62,930 nt of DNA, filler included, from 6 parts of 6 records of this genome joined end to end with filler, not necessarily neighbours in it; one strand, 5' to 3'; counted from the whole stretch's first letter, positions 19,901-31,445 are shown. Numbers and translations are program-made. Notes: generated by a model not told the origin, from the sequence alone.

Positions 19901-22900
19901 ACCATGCCACTGCATTCTACAAAAACAAGGGAATCATCCATACCTGATACAACTGCACATTTTGCACGCGTTTGAAGGCTGCAGCAAGTTCTGCGCCAAG
20001 AGGAAGCATGCCGAAGCATTGAGAACCGAGATTGTTTCGATGATCAAACGGATCCATGAGCTCCAGCGGGTCCACAGCCTGCGCGACAACCGTTGATGCA
20101 AGTAAGACCTTCGGTGTGCAAAGTGACAACATTCTTCGCCACAGCCACTGCCTGCCGACAACAAAGCCAAGACTGGCTAATTGCCTACCCATTGGGAGTT
20201 GACAAATATCAACTCGTCCGCCATTGACAGTTCAGGTCCGGGCTCAACTCCAAAGCGCTTGAAGCGACGCCGGGTAAAGGAAAAAGAGCAGCCGCACGTG
20301 GCCCACGGGGACAAACAACCACATCGTTTGCACGCACGCCATTCAGATCACAACGCCTTAGAAGCACGGAGAGATAGCACACTCATCCAAAGCATCGCTG
20401 TTCAACACACTTTACCTTCCGCAAGTCTAGGTACAGGGCTCCTGGTTGGCGTTGGCTGTATGAGTTGACGATGCGGCGCACGTGCTCTAGAATGTCGACA
20501 TCACGAACCACTTGTGTTCCGGGTGCCTTCCACATGCACAACATGACCAAATACACTGATTGCGATGATTGAAACAAATGCAAGCTCGGAAAACACAGTT
20601 GACAAAGGAGTGTGCCAGCGAGAAAGAGAACAAGGATGCGTACGCGAACCTTCTTGGGTGGTATGAGTAAGTGTGGCGCTCGTGCTTGGAAGAATCGTTG
20701 CAACGCTGCGGATTAACAACGAGTACACACCATCGAGACAGCGTCAGTGTTGAGAGCAAACTGGCACAGCAAGAGAGGCAGTGCGTTGAGATTTTCGCTT
20801 TTTGTTGTTGTCTATGGCAAAACCAACATACCCATGCGATGCCGGCTGGTGTGGCGCAGATAAAATGGCCCAACCGACGAGAAAGATGGTTTTGCTTTTG
20901 AGAGAAATAGCAGTGAGACAACGAAGAAGCGAACACAGGAATAAAGGAATGCACCGAGTCTGGCACACCGCAAACGAAGAAGAACCGGCCCACCCTTAGT
21001 CGTACCAGTCCCCCCATGCCCAGAGTCCATTGCGTCTCGCGTTAGAAGAATGGCAATGCCGTAGTGAGCCGGATGGAAGAGCACCCCATAAATGTAGAGA
21101 AAAAAAATCAGCAGTGTTCCAAGATTCTTGGGCTCGTTGTAAAAGTGCTGATCCCATAGCTGAAGCACAGCTGTGACCATCAGCACAAGCCCATAGGACG
21201 AGATGCCACCCAGGTACCTGTCCCCATTTAATTGGACGACGCGAAAACAGCACGCAGTCACCGCGTCATTTTGTTACGATCATTAAATTCGGGAAACACA
21301 CACACACACACAGCCACACACAACACGCAAACGCCTCCATACGTCTGATTCAGCCCTTTGGTGATCAGTAAGTGCTTCAAGACGAGCACCAGTGGCCTGC
21401 CATAAGGGAGAGTTAGCTTGAACTGTGGGGAAACGTTGAATTCCAAATGCTAGAACAGAGCCGTGTCAACTCACCGCAGACATGGGTAGCACGACTGCAG
21501 CTGTGCCACAAGCGCACAGGTCACTATACCTCGGTGTTTGGGACCTGAGAAGCAACAAACAATAAAAAAATGAGAGGAGGACGCAACATGTGCAAGGAAG
21601 CGACACCGAAAAAGGTTAATGTAGCACACCGTCAAACGATATGTCAAGAGAGATGCCGCCACGGCCCGTTTCTTGAAACGCTGTGCTGACTTTGATGACG
21701 GGGACGTTGGCAGATGATATCACTGTGACAGTTTGCACCCAGTCCAAACTTTGCAAGTGCCTCCCGAGTTGTTCAGCACATGATCCACGGGGCCGTTCCC
21801 GGACCTAAATCACGGGATCGGGCATTCAACCATGCAGCAACCATGCAGCAACAAATTTCAATTAATCGTGTGTCGGAAGGAAGAGATGCAGTCCTCGACG
21901 CCGTCGCACAAGCAGCACAGTCTAGTTTTTGTTTTGTACCTTGGACTTCCCGCCCTGCATTATCCATTCGTAGTGCGCCAACACATCACACACCACAAGG
22001 TCCACATCACTGCCGGGACCTGCCAATCCTTGCGCAAACGACCCAAATATTTCCACTCGAGCACCGGGCCACAACTGAAGAATTGCAACCTAGTGAACGG
22101 GCAATAAGGGATAGAATTGAGGCAATGGTCAATTCACCACATGTATATTCCACTCTTTTTCATTCCTCAAAAAATCACTAGTTCCGCACCCGCGTCGCGT
22201 TCACAACCGCCACCTGCCAAGGCCTTCGGGACCGTGCAATTTTTGTGAAAGAATGCGCCATATCCAACACTTGGGCATGCAGCATCCAGTGCCGCTCTGG
22301 TGCAACATCCCACGTTGTCGGTGGTGGTGGATGAAGCGGGCTGACCTGCAATGCAAGCGCGACGCGTCAACGACTACAACGAAAACGAGGATTCCAAACT
22401 AGAAAGACAGCACCACCCTTGTCGCACCATCGGATCCTCCACGGTGTTCGTCGGCTCGAAGTGATGCTTTAAAGCAAAGCCGGTTTCCATCCACTCTCGC
22501 CAGGCCTTGCAGACACTGGCGACACGTCCACACTCCCACGGGGTCAAAAAATGCATGATGAGCTGGTGCAGCGGGGGTGGTGGATCCACCTTCGATAGCG
22601 CTGCACTCAAGCTTGCACGAACACTTTCGTTGTTCCACTCGTCCTGTGAAGTGGCAACGTGCGCTTTGAGGTCAAGCCGAGGAATTTGCCGCATCTGGTG
22701 CTGCTGATGACTATCTCCGCTTCCAGAAGGCTGGTTAGTGGAAGGCAGAGGAGTGCCGAATTCTTCATTATTTTCAATTGCGTAAACTTTTTCTGACTTG
22801 GCATCTGCCTGCTTTGGCATCAATGCTGCTGCAGCTGCTTCGCGGTCAAGGGGAGGCGCGGCTGGACTTGCGGACGTATTTGATGCGGAGGCTGTATTTG

Positions 22901-24158
22901 TGCGCAAAGCTGATGCTTTCAAAGCCCTTTGATGTTGCTTTTCAGCCTGCTCAGCCTTAACGATGTCCGCACCAGCGTCAAGAAGGAGCTGGATCGGCTT
23001 TGAGGTGTCGAGAAGCCACTCGTCACATTCTGAAAAAGCTGCCGATCTTCGTTCCTCGTCCTCTTCGTCCTCATCATGAGCAGCAACGATGACATCATTG
23101 AATTCTTCCTGAGAACTATGTCCAGCATCATTGGTGCCGACACTTTCAGCACCACGCCCGGAAAGCATTTCTGCTCCTTCATTGAGCTCAGAATCAGCGA
23201 GATCACCAACGTTCCCGTTGATGGCGTTGCTTTTTGGGACAAACTCATCCAATCCATTGGACACACTGACACGAAGAACGGGAGGAACGGGCGTACCGTA
23301 GTCATGTTCAACATGCTGTTGTTGACGCTGGTGTTGGACATGGCCGCTGCGTCGGCTTGTGGTGAGGCTCGGAATTGCAGTTGGTTGAAAGCCAATGGAA
23401 GCGGCTCCGCGGACTGCTCCTGCAATCGGAATGTCGCTGTATGCGCTGGTTGCAACACTGACATTCGTAATTGGGGGCACATCGGTCGTCAAGTGAGTGC
23501 TTGGTATGAAGTACTGGTCAATGCGGCCAACGTTCGAAGTCATTCCCATTGGCGCTCTTCCTTGCAAGGCACCATTGGTGACAAAGAAGTGGTTTGCGTG
23601 TTGGAATTGCGCAGCATGCCCATAACGACCTGTTACCTCAACCTCGGATGGAAAACTTTCACGCACGCCACTGTTCACATTTGACATGGCGTTGGACAAG
23701 CTGGGTGGCACGGAAAACTCCGGAGCGTCGGCGCTAAACTTCGTTCCGCTTGAACCAGCCACCGCCACAGCACCACCGTTGCAGGCACGGTCGATAAGTT
23801 CGTCCACAATTTCACCGATGAATGCAGCAACTTGCTTTTGAATCCGCCTCTTCCGCTTCCGACGCGCTCGCTCTTTTTTCTTGGCTCTGTCCGAGTCAGA
23901 CATTTTCCCTTTCCCAGAACCACTTTTTCCGGAACTTTCCTGCCTGACTTCCTGACAGGGCGCAGCCGGGCCTCTACCTCTACCATTGCCACCTCTGCCA
24001 TTGCCATCGCCATTGCCACTGCCACTGCCACGAGCAAGCGCACGCCCTTTGCCCCTCCCGCGCGCTCTCCCGGCTGACGACTTGGCACCATCCTCGGTAA
24101 TGCGTGAACTCCGGCTCGATAAAGCGTCGGCAGAGTCGCCCGCCGTTTGGCCGGGCAT
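16978..24158 (-). CDS. Spliced eukaryotic Trf4/TENT4-like non-canonical poly(A) polymerase (DNA pol beta-like nucleotidyltransferase + PAP-associated domain) with N-terminal F-box-like motif
   Basis: Hand-joined exons 24158-22428, 22345-22190, 22089-21940, 21804-21630, 21544-21475, 21396-21343, 21217-~21000 give LWPGARVEIFGSFAQGLAGPGSDVDLVV, ANVPVIK, LDISFDG, RPLVLVLK, GLNQTYLGGISSYGL, NLGTLL; near 20080-20020, DPLELMDPFDHRNNLG. All these introns are GT-AG. Whether exons below ~19900 belong to this gene is less certain. Confidence 0.78.
21294..21322. repeat. Imperfect (CA)n microsatellite inside an intron
   Basis: ACACACACACACACAGCCACACACA run within intron 21342-21218. Confidence 0.75.
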
Positions 24159-24488
24159 AGTGCCACAGTCCCAAAAACAAGCGCAGCTTATTGACCCCTA
24201 TTCAACAAGCTCAGCACGCCAGAGCGTGCTTCGCGCGTTCATGAACGCCAATCGAACGAAGGCGGCATGGACGGCGAAGTGCGTTCTTTAATTCTGTTTC
24301 TTTTCTTCTTTTCTTCCCAGGATGTCTTTCTGCTCGTCTTCTTTGTTGTTTCTTGCTTGTGTTCTTTTGGTTTGCTGCCGCTCGCGCTTCTTTCGGACAC
24401 GGCGTGAACGCGGCAGCGGCAGTAGAAGTAGAAGCAGCAGCGGAAGCGGCACCAGCACCAGCAGCGAAAAGCAGGAAACGCCTTCGTA

Positions 24489-24511
24489 AGAGAGAGAGAG
24501 AGAGAGAGAGA
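24489..24511. repeat. (AG)n microsatellite at contig end
   Basis: Directly visible. Confidence 0.9.
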
Positions 24512-24611
24512 NNNNNNNNNNNNNNNNNNNNNNNNNNNNNNNNNNNNNNNNNNNNTTAATTAATTAANNNNNNNNNNNNNNNNNNNNNNNNNNNNNNNNN
24601 NNNNNNNNNNN
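24512..24611. other. Artificial contig linker
   Basis: Same spacer. Confidence 0.98.
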
Positions 24612-25817
24612 AATTTCTTCTTGGAACACACGCATATCATTGGTGCCTTTGAACAAGGTCGGTTCCATATAGAAGCCGTTTTCAAAGCCTGGCACTGTCG
24701 CCACACCACCACCGATTAATAATTCAGCGCCTTCTTCTTTACCGATGTCCATGTAGCTAAGAATTTTATCAAACTGTTGTTTCGATGCCTGAGCCCCCAC
24801 TTGAGTATCGGTATCGAGTGGGTCACCACGTTGGATGGTTTTGGTACGCTCAATCACCAACTTGATGAATTCATCATAAATAGATTCATGAACCAGGGCG
24901 CGAGATGGGCAAGTACAGACTTCGCCTTGGTTAAAGAAGGCTAACACCAAGCCTTCAACACACTTACTTATGTAGGATTCTTCTTGTTGCATGATGTCAG
25001 CAAAATAAATATTAGGGGATTTGCCACCCAACTCAACAGTAGATGGAATAATGTTTTCTGCGGCACAATGCAAAATCTGAGAGCCTACTGGGGTCGATCC
25101 TGTAAAGGCAATTTTAGCGATACGTTTACTGGACGCCAACGCTTGCCCCGCCTCTTTACCAAAACCATTAACGATATTTAACACACCGGCAGGCAGCAGA
25201 TCACCAATCAGTTTGACTAACTCAAGAATAGACGCTGGTGTTTGCTCGGCCGGTTTTAGTACCACACAGTTGCCCGCTGCCAACGCAGGTGCCAGCTTCC
25301 AAGCGGCCATTAAGATAGGGAAGTTCCAAGGAATAATTTGACCAACCACCCCTAAAGGCTCATGAAAATGATACGCCACTGTGTGTTCATCTAGCTCAGC
25401 GGCCGTGCCTTCTTGTGCTCGTAAGCAACCAGCAAAATAACGGAAGTGATCAGCGGCCAAAGGAATGTCTGCATTTAACGTTTCACGCACCGCTTTACCG
25501 TTATCCCACGTTTCAGCAACGGCCAAGAGTTCTAGATTTTGTTCGATGCGGTCTGCTATTTTGAGCAGAATATTTGAACGCGCCGCGACGGATGTTTTTC
25601 CCCATGCTTCTCGTGCCGCATGAGCCGCATCCAACGCTAGGTTAATGTCTTCCTCTGTAGATCGTGGAATTTGGCAGAATACGTCACCAGTAACAGGACT
25701 TACATTATCAAAATACTGGCCTTTCACTGGCGCAACCCAATCACCGCCGATGTAGTTTTCATATTGTTCTTGAAATGAAATGACGCTGCCTGCACTGCCT
25801 GGTTTTGCATAAATCAT
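24612..25817 (-). CDS. aldB: NAD-dependent aldehyde dehydrogenase (AldB/ExaC type), 3' truncated
   Basis: [32 protein letters not shown] (catalytic Cys). Confidence 0.92.
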
Positions 25818-25929
25818 AATCTATCTCCACTCTTGTTGTTTTTGTAATGAGTTTTAATGAGGCTCTGGAAGTCATTAGTGACTCTCCTATCCACTTTAGA
25901 AACAAGCGACCATAAAAACTTGTCCATCA

Positions 25930-25966
25930 GTCCATGATTCTTGACTGTGTGTCCATTTTTATTGAC
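25930..25966. promoter_or_regulatory. Tandem direct repeat, probable AraC-family operator
   Basis: GTCCAT-N5-TTGAC at 25930 and again at 25951 (21-bp period), between divergent aldB and the AraC gene. Confidence 0.55.
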
Positions 25967-26047
25967 CTTGACCCACTCAAGGTAGATGATAAATGCTGAA
26001 AATATAAACACCGCGCCACAACACAAAAATAATTCAGAGGTGTGTTA

Positions 26048-26971
26048 ATGAATAAACCTTTCATGGGTGAAAAACCACTCGCTTGGCAAAAACGAGCACC
26101 AAGCGAATTGATCGAAAATCGCGTTTGCTTTGCAGGTCCCCATGCTGAGCTAAGTATTTACGATACCTATGAACAGGCCCAGAAAGTCAGCCTGAAGGCC
26201 AGTTCTCTGCTCTACTGTGGCATGGTGACTGGCGCAAAAGTCATGCACACTAAAAACCGCGAGAACATATCTTTCCTACCCCATGAATCCTTTATCTTAT
26301 CCCCAGATGAAGAAGTATTGATCGACTTTCCCGAAGCCCAATTGGATTTACCAACGACCTGTCTTACCATCGAAATATCCAAAGAACGTGTCGCCCAAAT
26401 TTGCGATCGAATGAACGACATCATGTCCTCGTCCCCGATTCCAACTAAAACGCCCATTGACCCAAACCAACCCTTGCACACACTGCACACCCAAGCCACT
26501 CAACAACTGCTCAACCGACTCACCAGCGATTTTGTGCAAAATGACCCAGATCGCGACTTATTGGTTGATTTTGGCGTCAGTGAATTAGTCACTCGCATTT
26601 TGCGCCATCATGGTCGTGAAGCGCTGCTGAGATTCACTCAACACAACCCAGACGCGAACGGCTTAACCTGCGTTTTGCATTGGATCGAACAAAACCTCGC
26701 ATTGCCTTTAGACGTCAACGAACTAAGCAAAAAAGCCTGCATGAGCCGCAGCCGTTTTTACGATGCGTTTAAACGCCAATTAAATTGCACGCCTGCTGAA
26801 TATCAGCATCAACGCCGCATGAGCCGTGCTTATCAGCGCTTACAAGAACACGTGTCTGTGACGGAAGTCAGTTACGAATTGGGCTATCAAAGCCTGAGCC
26901 ATTTCAGTCGACGTTTTCATCAACATTTTGGCGTGTCTCCCCGACAAATCACTCAGGAAAAACTAAACTAA
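26048..26971 (+). CDS. AraC family transcriptional regulator
   Basis: C-terminal double HTH (ACMSRSRFYDAFK; VTEVSYELGYQSLSHFSRRF..FGVSP); GAGG RBS. Confidence 0.92.
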   Translation: MNKPFMGEKPLAWQKRAPSELIENRVCFAGPHAELSIYDTYEQAQKVSLKASSLLYCGMVTGAKVMHTKNRENISFLPHESFILSPDEEVLIDFPEAQLDLPTTCLTIEISKERVAQICDRMNDIMSSSPIPTKTPIDPNQPLHTLHTQATQQLLNRLTSDFVQNDPDRDLLVDFGVSELVTRILRHHGREALLRFTQHNPDANGLTCVLHWIEQNLALPLDVNELSKKACMSRSRFYDAFKRQLNCTPAEYQHQRRMSRAYQRLQEHVSVTEVSYELGYQSLSHFSRRFHQHFGVSPRQITQEKLN

Positions 26972-27153
26972 TCATTCAAAGTTAAGCCTAACCCTGTGAG
27001 TTTCAGACGCCAAAAATTTGACAAGTAGATCTAGTCAACCAAAGCACACCTAACGTATAGTTAAGCCAACTATGTCTTGGTACTCCGACACTGCGATTTT
27101 AGCCAATTTAAAAACCACTCACTTTATGACTTCATCAAAACAGTAAGGCTGTT

Positions 27154-28365
27154 ATGTCTCCGCTTTTTAAAAACCACAATTTCGTCCATTATTGGATCGG
27201 GCAAATAGCCTCCTCTTTTGCCTTTCAAATGCTCAGTGTTGGTGTTGGCTGGCAAATGTATGATCTTACCAATAGCCCGCTTGCGTTGGGCTTGGTGGGA
27301 CTGTCACAGTTTCTCCCTCAGCTATTATTAACCTTGGTTGTGGGGCATGTAGCCGACCGTTACAACCGCCGTCTAATTTGTGTTTGTACTCGATTTGCCA
27401 TGGCGCTGACGGTGGGCATACTGGCCTTTGGCAATATTACCGATACGATTTCGGCTAATATGATTTACTTTTCTGCCGCCATGCTTGGCACCGCACGCGC
27501 CTTTGAAATGCCGGCAAATCAAGCCATTTTGCCAAACCTAGTCCCTAGCGAGATGTTGTCTCGAGCCATGAGTGCCATCGCCTCTGCACGAGAAATCTGT
27601 GTGATTGCTGGCCCAGCCTTAGGCGGATTGATCTATATTTTAGGGCCAACGACGCTTTATGTTTCCAGCATGAGTTGCTTTTTTGTGGCCTGCGGCATTA
27701 TGTTTTTCTTGCGCTATAACTTTTCAATTAAAAGCAAAACGCCAATAAGTCTTGATCATTTACTGGGCGGATTTTCATTTATCCGTGGCAATAAAGTCAT
27801 CTTAGGGTCGGTTTCTTTAGACATGTTTGCGGTGTTATTAGGTGGGGCAACGGCTCTGCTACCGATCGTCGCCAAGGACATTCTTCATACTGGGCCTTGG
27901 GGCTTAGGTCTATTGCGTTGTGCGCCAGCACTCGGTGCACTGCTTATGTCGATTTATCTCGCACGCCGGCCATTAGAGCACAGTGTTGGTAAAATCATGT
28001 TTGCCGCCGTCGCTGTTTTTGGCGTCGCGACCATCTTATTTGGCCTGTCCGAAAGTCTATTCTTATCTATGTTTGCCTTAGTATTATTAGGCGCCTCAGA
28101 CATGATCAGTGTGGTCATTCGCTCGACCTTAGTACAGCTTGAAACCCCGGACGAAATGCGGGGGCGAGTCAGCGCGGCCAACTCCGTGTTTATTGGTAGC
28201 TCTAATCAATTAGGGGAATTCGAATCCGGCGTAACCGCAGCATGGTTTGGTGTGGTACCAGCCATAGTGATAGGAGGAGTGGGGACCATTGCCATTGTCG
28301 GTATCTGGATGTATTTATTTCCACATCTGGTTCAACGTAACCAGCTAGAAAAAGCCAACGATTAA
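27154..28365 (+). CDS. MFS transporter (MefA/EntS-like family)
   Basis: About 12 TM segments, GHVADRYNRR motif A, TPDEMRGRV. Confidence 0.9.
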   Translation: MSPLFKNHNFVHYWIGQIASSFAFQMLSVGVGWQMYDLTNSPLALGLVGLSQFLPQLLLTLVVGHVADRYNRRLICVCTRFAMALTVGILAFGNITDTISANMIYFSAAMLGTARAFEMPANQAILPNLVPSEMLSRAMSAIASAREICVIAGPALGGLIYILGPTTLYVSSMSCFFVACGIMFFLRYNFSIKSKTPISLDHLLGGFSFIRGNKVILGSVSLDMFAVLLGGATALLPIVAKDILHTGPWGLGLLRCAPALGALLMSIYLARRPLEHSVGKIMFAAVAVFGVATILFGLSESLFLSMFALVLLGASDMISVVIRSTLVQLETPDEMRGRVSAANSVFIGSSNQLGEFESGVTAAWFGVVPAIVIGGVGTIAIVGIWMYLFPHLVQRNQLEKAND

Positions 28366-28409
28366 ACGCCAGCCCTTCGCAGACAAGGCAAAAAACGGTT
28401 ATTTAGACT

Positions 28410-28682
28410 TTACTTAAATAACCGTTTTTTCTTAATGCGTTTCCATTTCCAGCTCGGGGAATCCCCTTTTACAATATAGACAAGGATAAGTAAGCTGGTG
28501 AGTACCGCCACCCAAGCACCCCAACGCATGAGCACTACTTTCGGGTCGTGCATGACACTCACTAAAGCAATCGATAAAAAGTACACAGCAAGCACAACCC
28601 AGCCTTGCCAAGCATGAGGTTTACCCCAGCCCCAGCCATTTTTCTTGGCTGGAAACCATGTGTTTTTTTTACCTATCGTCAT
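28410..28682 (-). CDS. Small Trp-rich membrane protein
   Basis: Likely start ATG 28682. WFPAKKNGWGWGKPHAWQGW followed by two TM helices and a basic tail. Confidence 0.7.
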   Translation of the reverse strand: MTIGKKNTWFPAKKNGWGWGKPHAWQGWVVLAVYFLSIALVSVMHDPKVVLMRWGAWVAVLTSLLILVYIVKGDSPSWKWKRIKKKRLFK

Positions 28683-28735
28683 CCTATCTCGCTCAATGAA
28701 TGCGCAATTAATGAATCCTAGCCAAGACATTAGGC

Positions 28736-29419
28736 TTAGTTGGTAAGAAACTCGCCACGAGTCTTATCGCTGCGCTTAAATAAGCCGCCTAATGCTGTGG
28801 TTTGTGTGGATGAACTCGCGTCCATAACACCACGGGCTTTCACACAATAATGAGTCGCATTGATGCTAACGGCGACATTGTCTGTTTCTAACAACACTTG
28901 CAAAGTCACTAGTATCTGTTGCGTTAAGCGTTCTTGAACCTGTGGACGTTGTGCAAAAAATCGCACAATACGGTTTATTTTTGACAGGCCAATAATTTTA
29001 TTTTTTGGTAAATACGCAACCTTAGCAAAACCGTCGATGGTGACAAAGTGATGCTCACATGTGCTGGTAAAACTGATATTGCTGACTTTTACCATTTCAT
29101 CGACTTTCATTTTATTGTCGATGACAGTGATTTTTGGAAATTGAGCGTAATCCAAGCCCGAGAAAATTTCCTTCACATACATTTTGGCAATGCGATGAGG
29201 GGTTTCTGCTAAGCTATCGTCAGTCAGGTCTAAGCCTAATGTGCTTACCACATCTTCGAAAGATTGCTTGATGCGCTGATACTTCTCTTCACTCGTTAGC
29301 CCATTATCAATCATCGGCGTTTCAAGACCATGACTGATCAAGGCATCACGTACTTTTATCGCCTCTTCAGAAAGCACTAGGCTACCTACATTTGTTTTTT
29401 CTGCTACGGCAGTGCTCAT
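28736..29419 (-). CDS. folE: GTP cyclohydrolase I
   Basis: [42 protein letters not shown]. Confidence 0.96.
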   Translation of the reverse strand: MSTAVAEKTNVGSLVLSEEAIKVRDALISHGLETPMIDNGLTSEEKYQRIKQSFEDVVSTLGLDLTDDSLAETPHRIAKMYVKEIFSGLDYAQFPKITVIDNKMKVDEMVKVSNISFTSTCEHHFVTIDGFAKVAYLPKNKIIGLSKINRIVRFFAQRPQVQERLTQQILVTLQVLLETDNVAVSINATHYCVKARGVMDASSSTQTTALGGLFKRSDKTRGEFLTN

Positions 29420-29507
29420 ATCTATGTCCTAAGTTGCTATACCTTGTCTAACGACATAAAGGCTTCTATCAAAAAGAAGTAATCTTTTATTTACCCTTAT
29501 AACTTGG

Positions 29508-30230
29508 CTAGACCAAATGCCTACCCCCATCAAGAGAGAGGGTTCGCCCTGTCATATAGCGGTTGGTTAATGCATATTGTACCGCTAGTACGCCTTCTTG
29601 TTCACCCGGCTCTTGATGTAGAAGCGATTTATTCAATGCTTTTTCGCGGTAATCCGCATCATCTTCTGGGTGAAACATTAATAATGATGGTGCTATCGAG
29701 TTAACATTCACTTTCGGCGCGAATCGTTTCGCAAAAGAATACGTCAAATTTGCCAACCCAGCTTTGCTGGAAGCATAAGCTATGTGCTTATCACTGCCCT
29801 TTTCCGCACTGTAATCCGTCATGTGAATAATGTCCGCTTTACCTAGACACTCAAAGCCCGCATATAATAAAGCTTCAAAAGCAATATTCATACGGTATGG
29901 CGCAAATACATGGACTTGCCACATTTTTTCCATCAACTGACTTGCCTTTGGACAATCGGCTTCTGCCTCCCATTCCGACGCATTGTGAATAATGCCTCGT
30001 AGTCCAGAATAGTCTTGTTTTATCTGAGCAATAAAAAGGTCAACGCCTTGCTGCGAGGAAAAATCCGCCCGCACACAGCTAACGCCCAACCCTTCTAACA
30101 CCTCAATGCTGGCTTTGGTATGACGATAGGTCACCACTACGTCATGGCCTTCGGCTCTTAACCTTTTGGCGCAGGCTAACCCCAAACGCTGGGCTCCGCC
30201 GGTAATAATAATGGGCATTTTGCACGTCAT
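29508..30230 (-). CDS. folM: Dihydromonapterin reductase (SDR)
   Basis: ITGGAQRLG, IIHNASEW, DIIHMTDY..KGSDKHIAYASSKA; upstream of folE. Confidence 0.88.
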   Translation of the reverse strand: MTCKMPIIITGGAQRLGLACAKRLRAEGHDVVVTYRHTKASIEVLEGLGVSCVRADFSSQQGVDLFIAQIKQDYSGLRGIIHNASEWEAEADCPKASQLMEKMWQVHVFAPYRMNIAFEALLYAGFECLGKADIIHMTDYSAEKGSDKHIAYASSKAGLANLTYSFAKRFAPKVNVNSIAPSLLMFHPEDDADYREKALNKSLLHQEPGEQEGVLAVQYALTNRYMTGRTLSLDGGRHLV

Positions 30231-30443
30231 ATAAAGTTATTCCTATTAAGTTATTTTTATCGCCGGCATAGGGCAGCACAATCGGGCAAAACAAATAACA
30301 ACGCTGTTCAAATAGTCACTAGTAAAACGGCGCCAAGAGTGTCTATTATTAACATGGAACTAATTGGAATACATTCACCTCTAACAAAAACGCAATAGCG
30401 ATATATTCGTTGTGTTATCACCTAGTATCAAGAAGGATTAACA

Positions 30444-31364
30444 ATGACTGCAACAACGGAACATTCAATACCAACGATGTCAGCTAAAGACATCCCTCAA
30501 GAAGCGTTTGATTGGTACGACGAATATGCTCATGGTGATATTGATCGCCGAACGTTTTTGTCTCGCCTTGGCTCACTTAGCATAGCAGGACTAACACTTC
30601 CTGTGGTTGCTGGCGCCTTATTGCCAAATTACGCACTCGCGGAACAAGTGTCTTTTAATGACTCAGATATCCAAGCAAGCTACGTAACATTTGACACGCC
30701 TAATGGTCATGGTCAAGGTCGTGGCTATCTCGTTATTCCCAAAGGAGTAGATGCGAGTAATAAAGCACCGACTGTCTTAGTGGCGCATGAGAATCGAGGT
30801 CTGAATCCTTACATTGAAGATGTGGCTCGACGACTGGCAAAAGCCGGCTTTATCGCTTTTGCACCTGATGCGCTTTTTCCGCTGGGCGGCTACCCAGGAA
30901 ATGACGATGAAGGTCGAGCAATGCAAAAAACACTGGATGGGGCAAAAATAGAAGGCGACTTTATGGACGCCGCCAGTTTGCTTGAAAAGCACGCCTACGG
31001 AACAGGAAAGGTCGGCATGGTAGGCTTTTGCTATGGTGGCTATTTAACCAATACCTTAGCCGCCAATATGCCAAACACCATTGCCGCTGCGGCGCCATTT
31101 TACGGCACGCCAGCAAAAGCGCATATAGAGCAAATCAAAGGCCCATTACAACTTCACTTTGCGGAGCTAGACAAACGCGTTAACGCCACTTGGCCAGCTT
31201 ATGAGGAGGCATTAAAAAAACACAAGGTCCCCTATACTGCCTACGTCTACACTAACGCAAATCACGGTTTTCATAACGACTCTACGGCACGCTACCAAGA
31301 GAAAAACGCAGAGCTTGCTTGGTCTAGAACCCTTGAGTTCTTTACTCAAAACCTAGCCAGCTAA
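30444..31364 (+). CDS. Dienelactone hydrolase family protein (YghX-like)
   Basis: YDEYAHGDIDRRTFL (Tat-like), HENRGLN, GFCYGG nucleophile, HGFHND. Confidence 0.9.
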   Translation: MTATTEHSIPTMSAKDIPQEAFDWYDEYAHGDIDRRTFLSRLGSLSIAGLTLPVVAGALLPNYALAEQVSFNDSDIQASYVTFDTPNGHGQGRGYLVIPKGVDASNKAPTVLVAHENRGLNPYIEDVARRLAKAGFIAFAPDALFPLGGYPGNDDEGRAMQKTLDGAKIEGDFMDAASLLEKHAYGTGKVGMVGFCYGGYLTNTLAANMPNTIAAAAPFYGTPAKAHIEQIKGPLQLHFAELDKRVNATWPAYEEALKKHKVPYTAYVYTNANHGFHNDSTARYQEKNAELAWSRTLEFFTQNLAS

Positions 31365-31390
31365 ACGCTTATCACGTTATTCCTAAACTG

Positions 31391-31432
31391 AAAAAGCCTC
31401 TTTAAACGAGCAGTCGTCTAAAGAGGCCTTTT
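31391..31432. terminator. Bidirectional Rho-independent terminator
   Basis: AAAAAGCCTCTTTA...TAAAGAGGCCTTTT inverted repeat between convergent genes. Confidence 0.75.
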
Positions 31433-31445
31433 ACTTGATCATGGT

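Noticed and set aside
17049-22181. Dozens of short overlapping ORFs suggesting a phage or alternative genetic code
   Set aside because: Explained by minus-strand exons with canonical splice sites under the standard code.
23980-24030. GCCATT/GCCACT hexamer repeats
   Set aside because: Low-complexity coding sequence (GSGSGNGDGNG), not CRISPR or a mobile element.
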